A stretch of DNA of 58,009 bases, the filler included, from Dugesia japonica (lineage: Eukaryota), in the NCBI GenBank assembly GCA_001938525.1. It is 5 parts of 5 records of this genome, joined end to end, with 100 filler letters (N's around TTAATTAATTAA, not from the genome) between each part and the next. Parts side by side here need not be neighbours in the genome. Positions count along the whole stretch, not along the records: positions 1 to 9,911 come from MQRL01440320.1; positions 10,012 to 23,751 come from MQRL01627915.1; 3 more parts are not named here. One strand, written 5' to 3'. Every line of letters begins with the position of its first letter. The stretch's first letter is position 1. Shown here piece by piece: positions 1 to 11,521 of the stretch. The notes under the pieces were generated by a model that saw only the letters and a list, made by a program, of their open reading frames with translations, did not search any database and was not told where the DNA came from. A program made the translations under genes and the position numbers.

Positions 1-2572
1 ACCCCAACAGCAGTATTATTTAGATAACCTTTATTTTTTGATTTCTGTTAATTATTTAGTAGTACTGAAAATCAGATTTGATTATTCATACTATTGTATT
101 TTTCAATTTGAATTTTATTTAGATAATTATACAGTTGTAATAAACTGATTTATTTACTGTTAAATTGTTTTAAAATTTCTGCGCCTAAATTTCGATATTG
201 TAATACTGGTTTTCAATCTTTCTAGTTAAATATTTTATTTAGAACGTTATATATGCTAAAACCTAAAATGTCGCACTTCACAATTTTATTTGTAGCTTTT
301 TATCAATTATAAACTTTATTGATTTATTTTAATAAAATTTTTTTAACATAAAACTCGTTCTCTTAATTATTTATTATTATTATCATATTATTTTAATTAT
401 TTAAAATTAACTTTACGCCTATATTAATTAATTTGGAGTCAACTTTTAATATTTTTATTTCTTACCCACGAGATCTAACAACAGGAAGAAATATAGTAGG
501 TGGAAGGTACAGATGTCAAGCAAAATAAGATCTCTTGAGCAAACGAATAAGACAAAAATGAAATGCTTTACAGCTGGGTGGTTGGCAGGAACATTTTTAA
601 CATACCTTTTTATTTTTCTTTAATAGAAATATAATGATGCATCAATAAAATTTTATTTTAAAAAATTTAGCAAATGATTTTTCTCTTTGTGCATACTTTA
701 AATACCGCTCATAAATGCCGCTCATAAACAACTTAGTTTAAAGTAATCTTATTTAATTTAATATTGTAAAAAATCATAAAATTTATTATTAATATTATTC
801 AATCAATTTTATTCCTTATTTAAATTCTAAGTTTATTTATTATTATAATTTTGAGATATTTACCAAAATGTTTCATTATCAATCTATACTTATTAAAACA
901 AACCTAATGAAATAAAATAAGCTAAAATAAATCTTATGTTTCCCATCATTACAAAGGAAATTGGTGAAAAAACCAAAAAATGAAATAAAGTAATTTAATA
1001 AACAAAATGTTAGTATTTAAATATATATAAATTGCTTCTCTTCTAATAAAAGAGAATATTTCTTTAAAAGGTTGGGTCATTACTGTCAATATTTTATTTG
1101 CATACATAAACAGAAGAAATTGGTGAAAAGGTTTGGCAACTGTTTGTAGAGATCAGTAAAATTGAAAAATTAACCGGCACAATTGCACACACATCAATTC
1201 ATTGTTTATACAAAATATTTAATATTTACGATTTGCATTCTACATCCAATGGGACGAATCATTACTTATATCAAATAAATCTGATACTAAATTGATTCAA
1301 AAGTCATTCCATATTCAATATTTATGAAGAATAATAAACTCAGAATCATAAGTTACATAATCCATAAAATATAAGTGTTGGGGTGCAACACCCAGTCGGT
1401 AAAGAAAGCCAAGCTAGAGGCCAAAGTAGAAGAATTAATGAAGAAAAGGGGCCGAAAGAGAAGTTAATTAGGAAAAAAGTATTTATAATGGGAAAAATTA
1501 TGGTAATGACATAAACAAAAGCCACAAGAAAAGTGAATTAAGAATAATCAGTATGGCTAAATATTATGGAAATTAATTAATAAAAAGATCAAAGTACGAA
1601 GAAAAAATGGATATGAAAATCTTGGATGAACCAATCTGATTCACAATAATCAAAAGAAATTACGAAATTAATAATAAAAAGTCAAGAAAAGTATTACTGA
1701 AAAATAATTAATTATCAGAAGATATTAATTAATTTGGAATTAAGTCGAAATCAGGCAAAAATCTGTTTTTCATAGATAATTCCACTAATGAAAGTCACAG
1801 GAGCTTGGTGCAAGAAAATCCGAGAAGAAATTGTGACGGAGCATTAGGATTTTGCCATTAGAAAATCGTACCACCATCAGAAGGATCACCACAAGAGTTA
1901 AAGAAATAGGCCAATAAGAATAGGAGGAATAAAAATGAAACAAAGTCGTGATGATCACATGGCATTACAAAAATAGAAGCCAATGGAAGCCCATAAAGTC
2001 TACAAAATTTTCAAAAATTAGGCATTGGAACCAATAAGAAACGAGAATTTTAAGCTGGAAATAAGAATCTAATAGCGAGGATGGCGAGTTGTGTTTTGGA
2101 AACTATATAAGCGGTTGAAAATTCAGAGAAAAATAATAAATATTCATTTTATCAATCGTGAACGATAACAAACTATTGACCAATTTGCTAATAATATGTG
2201 AACAAGCTAATCTAGTATTAGAACATAATTCAGCAAACGGACTGATCATCAGAAAAATTTACGGAACTATAAAAGGCAAACATAAGTAACGATAGTATTG
2301 TAAGCAACCGAAAATAATTTTAGTTTGAAAGGAAATTAGGAATAGAAGTGATCAACGAATCCAGGATTATTCGAACTCTCCAGAAATTTCGTTGCAGAAA
2401 ACCATAATTACTTAGTAAGTATCTAGTTTTTGTTATTATTAATGGTAGTAAATAATTAGATATTAAGAATGAATTTTGATACAGTAATGTTATTGATTAG
2501 ACAAAAATTCTGTTACAGTATTAATAAAATTAATTACGTCGTCCTCTTATTTTCCTTTTTATTATATCTGAA

Positions 2573-2896
2573 TCACTGCAGTCGTGAAGTCATCAAGAAA
2601 TCGTTGATTGATGATGGATTTCCCTCTACGTTGTTGCTATTTTTAGGTAACGGTGGCATGAACTCATGAGTAATCGTCCCCTTTAAATATAAATCCAGTA
2701 AAGATATTAGCAAATTCTCTAATTGATACAAATTCTGATAGTCAGAGTTCAAGCACACATATATGACAAGGTTGTGTGGTTCAACTAAGGAATTCAATAA
2801 CGACTCTTTCGTAATGTTGTACAACATATCGACAACCGGTGTGTGGATGGTTTTGATGGCTGACTCATCCCATTTGTCACCAGTTGTAGGTGGTAC
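2573..2896 (-). pseudogene. Unknown ORF inside the 4.6-kb element (about 107 open codons)
   Basis: The 84-aa track ORF extends upstream in frame as VPPTTGDKWDESAIKTIHTPVVD-MLYNITKESLL... Composition looks protein-like. No family recognised. Confidence 0.35.
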
Positions 2897-3967
2897 TTAA
2901 TACACGCAGCAATGTTAAAATAAAATTTTCAATTAGTATGAAATCGTCTGAGAGAAGTAGTTGTCAGATAAAAAAAAACAATTTAACCAGCACAATTCGC
3001 GACCGTAAATGGCTATAAAGTTACTTGGTAAAGGGTGATTCTAGCTAAAGGAAAAGATACTATGCTCATCAATTCTAATGTTCGGAGAATAATATCTCGA
3101 CAATCGAGAAAATGATTTTTAATTGATAACGATGAAACTCAGGTTCATGTGGATATAAACAGTTTTCTTTGTCCAACTCAATCAATGATTTCTAACTTGT
3201 TATTTATGCCCGAATGTATATTACTGGAATTATTGTTATTACTCAAATAAATCTAACTATTACGATAAAATTGTTTTTTTTAATATTATTTCGAGTAGTA
3301 GTTTTACTAAAATCAATGATTATCTAAAATTCATAAGAATACTGGTTGATTACTCAGTAATTAAAATAACCGTTGGGTGAAAGAAGCGTTTAATAGTGGT
3401 ACTCCATAACTCATTCCCCATATTATTATTCTTGATAGCAGAGATGAAAGCGGAACTAATTTTGTTTTTAGGTTTTCCCAACCTGTTCAAATAACTTTGA
3501 TTCAACAATGCAAACGCCAGATAATACGTTTTAGACCCATTTTGAATTCTGAGGTCGCAAAGTTTTGCTTACCTGATCATGACTGGCGCCATTGCTCCGG
3601 TGTAGTTAATTTATAAAATTATCATTAATTTAGGTAATGCGGAGGCGACTATATTTAACTCTATCAATTCCCGATCTCGTTTTTGAATTAAATATAAAGA
3701 ATATTATGCATGGCTCTAATGATCACTATCGAAATATTTTATCGTGTACATTAATATAGATACTAGGTTTCTGCAGATGAGAAGGATTAATGGTAGAATT
3801 TTATGAATGTTCACTGTGAATTACCATAGAAGGTGTCGCAACATGCCTGGAACATATTTTTATTAGGATTTCGACTAGAGGTCCTAATGTATTTCGAAGG
3901 CGCCAGATTCTAAAACATAAACCATAGATACGACAAGCGAACCAAGTTAAGATTTCCTTTCATTTAG

Positions 3968-5725
3968 ATTATGTCCGACCCTCTCAGCCGTGTACTACGC
4001 CACATTCAGAAACAACGAAAAACCTCCAGGCTAAGGCAATTGTTAGATAACCTGTTGACTCACGGGAAGATCGAACATCCCGAAGAAATGGATTTGTGTT
4101 GTTTTGTCAAGATGTTTCCGTTGTCACCCGTCAAGGATTTTGATGGGGAAAATTAACAGTTTATTTAGTTTCATTTTGTTTTAAATAAATTATTCATTAA
4201 AATAATTGTTAATCTTACAATTAGTACAGTGCATGTCTTACATTTAATTTATAGAGTATATGTAATACATATGGGAGACCCTATTCGATTGACGTACTAA
4301 TAGGGTCGTTTTTCGCAGGTATTGGAACCCTCATGACCGAAATGCAGCGGTCCTGATCGATTATTCCAATTTATCCAGCATAGATGCAGAGAATGAAAAA
4401 GAGTTGGCTGCGGCTTAGCGCCAGGCCTTTTACCAATGGAAAGGACCCGATCGTACTCAAGAGGTACTCTACTGTGCCACAGTCGTAGACCCTGTAACTA
4501 ATCATCCTACTAGGGTGTGGCGAGACGGTCCAACGTTTATACCTGTGTCGGTTGCGCACCTGCCACCTGGTATTAGCTAGACGGAATCCGTGCAAAACAC
4601 GTTGTGTGAGTTACGTAACTGAGCAGATGGTGGGGCTTTGGAAAATGATAATATATTAACTTGAGTAAAGCATGCTTCATCATAGTTCAGATCTTGTTTT
4701 CGTGTTCTGTTGTGAAATAAAATGTATCTTATTTGTAACATTTGTTCGTTATCGCAACGTAAATTAGTATTTTGCCATGTCATGTTATAAATCTTAGACC
4801 AGTTAGCGTTTCGGATGTTATCTTACCTTTACGAAACCTGAATAACTTAATAGTTTCTGTTTATTTTTAGTGCACTCGTCTCTAAACCGTTCGTCAGCTC
4901 CGATGAAAAAGATGCGCGATCCTAGTGAGAACCAAGAGATGACTTGGGACCTCAATCGCCTCGCCAAACGACGGTGGGAGGTTGATACCGCGTCAGGAGA
5001 GGCCAATATCAAACGCTACAAGGCCAAATGTGTCTCGTATAGAAAGGAAGTGGAAGCGTCACATGCTTAAGAAAGAGTATGGAAGACTCAAGTTGAGTCC
5101 TTCGCAGTAATCATCCGATCCTACCAAGACCGCGAGAATAAACTGGTTAATGACGTCTTAAAATTAAAAGCAGCAATGCCCCTCGAACCATTGTTTGTCG
5201 ATAAGGGTATCCAAACGTCAAGACAATGACTTAATCATTGAACTGTATATAAAATATATTGTAAAATTTGGTTGCATTATTCTTTCCGCTCACTTTATTT
5301 TAAAGACATTTTCGCCTCACAATAAATAAACATAATTTGTTATAGTTATCATACTAAATATCATACTGTTTTCAGTGGCACAAATTAGAATTCCGAATAG
5401 CTTGTGACGTTGTCACCACCTGATACAAAAATCATTGGTAGAAAGACATGTCAAACGACAGAGTGAAAGGACCCTACTAAAACATCTGTCCCAGCGCAAT
5501 AAATTAATCAAAAAGATGGAAGTTATTGTTTAAAAGCAGAGTGACATGACAACGCAAACCAAGCAGCTCCTGCAAAATAAGATAGATTATATCTCCGACC
5601 TGTCTCGTCAATTAGGTAATGTGTCATGTTTGTCATGGGATGATAACGACAACACAGCCGTGTTTAATTTTATACCAGAAGAGCCTACCCTGTGGTTAGA
5701 CCCAGGTACTCTGGATAAAATGTGA
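3968..5725 (+). pseudogene. Array of four acceptor-led mini-ORF cassettes inside the 4.6-kb element
   Basis: Cassettes at 3968-4156, 4319-about 4654, 4871-5229 and 5376-5725. Each is GC-richer than its flanks, follows a pyrimidine tract plus AG, and holds one frame of about 60-120 codons with 0-3 internal stops. Confidence 0.45.
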
Positions 5726-7216
5726 TTTAAAATTAATACATATTATTATTAGTATTTTGTTTTTCTTTTTTATGATGATTAAAATAATAGGGAAATGAAT
5801 AGGGACCCAAACCCAAGGTGAAGTATGAACCTCGCAAGAAGTTGAAGGTCAACCTCTCTGAACTGAATATCTAATGTAGGGACGTTAGATTAAAATTCTT
5901 GAAAAATGAATTCCTGAGGGCCGTTTTTTCCCGGCCGATATCCTTTTCAATATAAACTCAGGTGGGAACCCAACATAAGTAATAAACAAATTTTAGCTAT
6001 ACAAATGCTATTGAATAATAGGTGTTACTCAATAGATGAAATAAAATTTAGTTTATATAAAAATTAATCACTCAGGCTGAATGATATAAGTAATATAGAT
6101 ATAATATTTGAAACTAAGTATAACTTCAGGCGTTACAAGAATATTTTTAAATAAGTTGAAATGAGACTACCATGTGATAAAATAACTTTAGTTGTAAATG
6201 TTGGAAGATATAAATAACAAAATTTACATATAAACGTGCAGAACAAATCATGCATGGTAATATCTAAATTTTAAAAGGTATTTATTACATGGAAAAAGGT
6301 ACGTAATATGTTATTATAAAGAATAAACAAAGAAATCGCAGTGAGTGTATTTCCCGTCCATACTAATATAAATGGAGCATATACTGAAATAGGTAATCAT
6401 CATCATAATCGTCATCATATTTTTAATTGAGAAAAATTAAAATTAAAAACGTACATTAATTAATAAAACTAAATTTAGAAAAATAAATATTAAATAAGAA
6501 TTTATTTATCTTTTTAAAAATTCTTTCCACTTTTTCTCAATATTTGTTTTTTTATTAAGCTAAATTTAAATTAATCATTCAAACGCTTCAGTTAATTTCC
6601 TCTTCGCTTGTTATAATTTTTATACTAACTGTGAAAATTTATTATTCTACAAATTGATTAAATTCCTAAATTAAACGAATTTCCAATCCGGAATATTTTC
6701 ATTTCATGATTATTTATAAATTAATAATAAATTGAGTTCCTGGTGAAATTGAATTCCGGATTCAAGTTAAAATTTTATTATTAAACTGAATAATTGAAAA
6801 AATTAAATGAATAATTAATTACAACATCGATTTCGACGTTCTATGAATGGAATTGATATTATCCGACATTTATTGAAATATAGTAAATTTTCTCTATTAA
6901 TAAATTAGTTTACAAAATAATTCGAGTTATTTTTAAAATTGTATAAATATTTTATAAATATTTTATAAATATTTATTTAGAACTTGTTATTAAATTTCGT
7001 TGGATGACTACAATAATGTTATTTAACCCCGCATTGTCCCTTGTGTCACACAATTATTTTACTTATTATTAAAAACTTGCAAACTGTTATATAACTCATT
7101 GTTATTTTAAGATATTCTTTTAAGTTCTCTTTTTGTTTAAATGCATTAATTTGGTTTTATTTGTTTATCAAGGATTCTGTTTCAATTTTGAATTACTTTT
7201 GAGACTCGATATATTT

Positions 7217-7394
7217 TGTCGGGGTAAACACGACACTTGTGAACTCTTTTATCAAATCATTACTATCTAAGATCCGACTGTATTCAGATCAGATGCGTTT
7301 CTCTTAATTAATTCTTCCAAATAAATAATAATCACTGTGATTGAATCCGATTAAACTGATTAAACGTTATTTATAAACACAAATAACTTTAACA
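7217..7394. mobile_element. Possible small solo LTR (178 bp)
   Basis: TGTCGGGG...TTTAACA termini, flanked on both sides by TATATTT. The flanks are AT-rich, so the duplication could be chance. Confidence 0.3.
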
Positions 7395-8789
7395 TATATT
7401 TTCGGCAAATCTGCAAATTTCATGCAAAACTGACTTTATAGTATATTTTAAGCACGCGAAAATGTTAAATTTTAACATTTTACACAAAAAATATTACAAA
7501 AATAAATAAAATATTAGCATACTCAATGTTGACTTTTACAAAAGTCCTCCAATAAAATAGTTCGTCAAATAAAATTCATAAAAATAAATTTCCAATCAAA
7601 TGATTTGGTCACTTCGAAATCCCATTGTTCGCACATCAACTTTTAATTATCGTTTTCAACAGAGGGTTTAGGATCGAACCCCTTAAAATTTTATTTTAAA
7701 ATTATTAGTAACCTCTATATTACTCATGTGTGAAATATTTTATATTCAAATAAATTATTTCATCTAAATTTAAATATTCAAAGTTTTTATAGTATGTTTT
7801 TAACCACCTCATCTACAAAAAAAATCTCACGTTATTTACTATGATTTGTGGAATTTAGACTTCATTTCAAATTATATATTTATATTTATTGTTAAACTGT
7901 GTTTCTCTTTTAGATACCCCCTTTTTCAGCAATACACGAATCAATTGTTTGTCTCATTATTTATATTGATTTTGTATCTTTATATAATTTATTTTTATAA
8001 TTTCATTTACAGTATTAAATACATATAAATTTTAAAACTGATATGTTTTAATTTATTTTGAGCTTTTGGAATATTAACTTTTATTTATTTTAATTTTCTC
8101 AACTATCACAATTTTAATAATTTAGTAAATGACTTCCCGCAATTTTAACAGATTGTTTACCCCAACCACCTCTTGCCACTACAAATATGATTCCACAAAG
8201 CTGTGACCGCCCCTACCACCAAAAAAGGTAAGAAATATTTCAAATAAAACATTTTAAATCCCCCTTACGGCAAAAATTTTTTGTTCGGACAGATGGTAGA
8301 AAAGAAATGTCTTTAGTATTGTGTAACGGCAAGGATGGAGGTATTATTTTTAAACAAATTCGTGTATTATATATCAGTCAAAATCTTTGGTATACTCTCA
8401 AGTGAATTATATTCTAAATTCTCTACGACAATTAATTAATGACAGTACTGAGATAATGTTTCAAATAAGGTGTCAAATTTAGATAATTCATCTAAGAATG
8501 AACAAAATAAAGCAATTCTTTAATTACCCGATTTGCTTTATTATTCTTTAATATTAGTTCAAATTCATGATTTATCTTTAATTAATCTTNNNNNNNNNNN
8601 NNNNNNNNNNNNNNNNNNNNNNNNNNNNNNNNNNNNNNNNNNNNAATTAACAAACGAAACTGAGTAATTCGAATTAGCAAAGTAGAAATAGTAATTATTC
8701 GATAGTCGAAAAAGTATTGAGCCTTAGGAAGTCCGAATTTAAACAAATATTTATTATATTTACAACAAACAATACAAACAAACAAGTAA

Positions 8790-8875
8790 ATATGTAATTT
8801 TGTTCGATAACATTCTGCCATTTTTCTGGGAACATCATAATGCCATCAATATAGTACTCCTGTGGTTTCTGCTCA
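8790..8875 (-). mobile_element. mariner transposase C-terminal fragment
   Basis: Minus strand reads QKPQEYYIDGIMMFPEKWQNVIEQN, matching the typical mariner C-terminus (FY..GI..LP.RW..V). Confidence 0.55.
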
Positions 8876-8879
8876 AAAA

Positions 8880-9215
8880 ATGGTGATAACTGGTAGAAAT
8901 GATGGAAATAGTAATATTATTGAGCATCAAAGAAAATGTATAAAATCAATTGGGTTTTCTGATTTTAAAATTTGGGACAATAGATTTAATAATTATTGGA
9001 AGAGTGATGTGTGAAGCTTTGTTGATGAGGGCATTAAATCCTAAAATTAATGTTCAGTTGACGGATTCAACATCGTTCTTAAAATTATTTTATTGATTAT
9101 TTATTGAGATTGTATAATTGAAATTATATAGTCATTTAAACTTTATAAATAGTTTGATTTAATANTCTTTAATTGCCTGATAATGACTGTTATTCCGTCG
9201 AAATATAATTATAAT
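8880..9215 (+). mobile_element. Penelope-like element 3' remnant
   Basis: Degenerate SNIIEHQRKC...FSDFKI...EALLMRALNPKINVQL resembles a GIY-YIG C-terminus. It is followed by a degenerate hammerhead-like core CTGATAA...GAC...GTCGAAATATA at about 9177-9207. Confidence 0.5.
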
Positions 9216-9911
9216 TATATTTATAATATTATTAATAATATATAATTAATATATTATAAAATAATATATAATTACAAAAGTATATTGTACAAAAATAGAC
9301 AAAAATATAATTCAAAATATAAAACTTACTTTAATAAATTTTACGAAATAGAATTAACAATGACCTACTGAGCTTTTTTCAAATCTTCCACGAAACTGTT
9401 TCTTAAACTATATTATTCAAAAAACTATTTTTACACAGAAAATAAACATTAATTATTTAATAATATACATTAATATTACATACATAAAAATGAATTAATA
9501 ATAACAATATTAACTTAAAACATTCCTAATATTTAATTATTTCCACACAACAATAATAATAATAATAGTGAGTGGTTTTGAAAAGCAAGTTAAAATTTTT
9601 GTGTGATTGGTGATTAAAATCTTTTGTTTAAAGGACAGATTTAAATTGTTGATGAAAAATTTAATTAATAAATATTTGGTTTAATGATAAATTAAAGTAA
9701 ACTAATTTTACAAATGATCACCAATGAAAACACGGGATTTTAATTAGTTTGAATAAACCAATAGTGTTAACCATAGTTTTATTTTGAAATAAATTTATGG
9801 TGTTGAATTTTGATGTTGATAATCCGAGTTCTCAAAACTCATCTAACAATAATATTAATAATAGTAATAAGTGGATTTAATACATTTAATTTTAATTTAG
9901 AAAAATTGTTT

Positions 9912-10011
9912 NNNNNNNNNNNNNNNNNNNNNNNNNNNNNNNNNNNNNNNNNNNNTTAATTAATTAANNNNNNNNNNNNNNNNNNNNNNNNNNNNNNNNN
10001 NNNNNNNNNNN
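9912..10011. other. Artificial assembly spacer N44-TTAATTAATTAA-N44
   Basis: Exactly 100 bp. The same structure occurs at 23752-23851, 33514-33613 and 45498-45597. Confidence 0.95.
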
Positions 10012-11194
10012 TTAAGCAACAAGAGCTACAAAAGAACGGGTGAAGAGGTGTCTGTTTCAGTTCTCTCTGAACCATTTTGGAAAAAATTTCAGTTGTACTT
10101 GGATATAAACACACCAGTTTTTCAACTGCTACGACTTGTTGATGATGAAGCCTCTGTTACTAGAAAAATTTATTTCCGAATGTTTACAATCCAAGAATTT
10201 ATAAACAACCTTCAAAATATATCAAAAGCTCAGCGTAAAGAGTTGCAGAATTAATTTTCTAGAAAATAGGCTATGATGCACACAACACTTCATGCTGTTG
10301 GATTCCTTCTAGATCCGGAATATGTTAACATGGCTCAACATGCAAATGACGAAGTCATGACTGGATTCTATGAACTAGTAGAACGATTGCATCCTGAAGT
10401 GAAGGAGCAAGTCATTATAACAAACCAATTAAATTACTTTATATCAAGTCAGGGAATAATTGCACGCCCAGTAGTAAAAGCTGCAGCGAGTACTATGCAC
10501 ATCAATGGTGGCACAGTTTTGGCTCGGGCTTACCGGAGCTCCAGAGATTTGCTATACGGGTACTAAGCCAAACCCCAACTTCGAGTGCTGCTGAAAGGAA
10601 CTGGAGCCTATTTGGTTTCTTCCAGAATCAGAGAAGGGTTCGGCTGAATCCAAAGACGATTGAGAAGATGGTTTATATCCACGCGAACACACGTATAATC
10701 TACAAAGTGGAACAAGTACATTACGTTGAAGAGAACGTGGAGTGGAATGAACCAAATGATTACATCAGTGATACTGATATGTCAGAACAAGAACAAGAAC
10801 AGTCACATTCTCCAGATGAATAGAATTTGGATAGTTTTGCAACTTTACACATTCATTCTTTATAATTGATATCATAATAATAAAGATGAATTGGTAAAAT
10901 TCAAAATTCATTGACGGACTTTATGGGTGTAGTTTAGAATACAAAATAAACGTGTGAATTGTGTTAGAACGGTTGCCATTCTTTAATTTTGCGATTATTT
11001 TTGTAATTCTATAATATATTTGTTGGGTTATTTAAGTTCAATTAAAAAAAAACTTATTTCACAACTTTATTTCGAGTAACTTAAACCAAAAAAACGTATG
11101 ATATTTATTAATTTAGCCAAAAAATAGCGTACGTGTACGGTACACATTTTTGCAGAAACAATAGCGCACGTTCCGTACGTATGGTTGAACTTTG
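10012..11194 (+). mobile_element. hAT transposon 3' half (DUF659-type, with hAT dimerisation domain), degenerate
   Basis: LHAVGFLLDPEY, then frameshifted HQWWHSFGSGLPELQRFAIRVLSQTPTSSAAERNWSLFGF...RLNPKTIEKMVY. GC-richer subterminal sequence ends near 11194. Confidence 0.85.
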
Positions 11195-11521
11195 GCACTC
11201 AATACAGACTTTTGGACATCAAACAACAAGGAATCGTATTGTGGTTTAATGGGAAACTGTATTGCTTCCGACTGGAAACTTATTTCAGTAACATTAAGTT
11301 GCCTAGTTTGTGAAGAAAAGCATACAGTTGATAACGTGGCCAGTTTCTATGAAGAGTTTGCAGCAAAAAAGAGCATTGCAGACAAAATATGCTGTATTGT
11401 AACTAATAGTNCTCGAAATATGGTCGCCGCTATTGGGCGAACGAATTACAATCACATACCATGTAACGCACACTGTCTGCAGATTAGCATATTAGCAGTC
11501 AAGATTAAGTATACCACATAG
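11192..11521 (+). mobile_element. Second hAT (ZBED/Ac-like) transposase fragment
   Basis: TDFWTS catalytic-D motif, HT..N, IVTN, and the IPCNAHCLQ (CxxH) motif. Confidence 0.8.

Larger units (their letters stand above)
1376..5975 (+). mobile_element. 4.6-kb TG...CA element, probably the solo LTR of a giant Ty3/Gypsy element
   Basis: Ends are TGTTGGG (1376) and CCCAACA (5975), a 7-bp inverted terminus. Perfect 4-bp direct repeat TAAG on both sides (1372-1375 and 5976-5979). Purine-rich 5' part with TATATAA near 2104. No gag/pol recognised inside. Orientation is inferred. Confidence 0.7.

Noticed and set aside
466-606. 46-codon open frame on the minus strand ending at GTAAG
   Set aside because: No credible acceptor and no recognisable peptide.
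3669-3685. CCCGATCTCGTTT, resembling part of 5S rRNA
   Set aside because: Only about 13 nt match and the flanks show no 5S similarity.
9912-10011. TTAATTAATTAA palindrome repeated four times between N runs
   Set aside because: Identical 44+12+44 layout each time marks it as an assembly linker, not biology. Adjacency across these points is uncertain.
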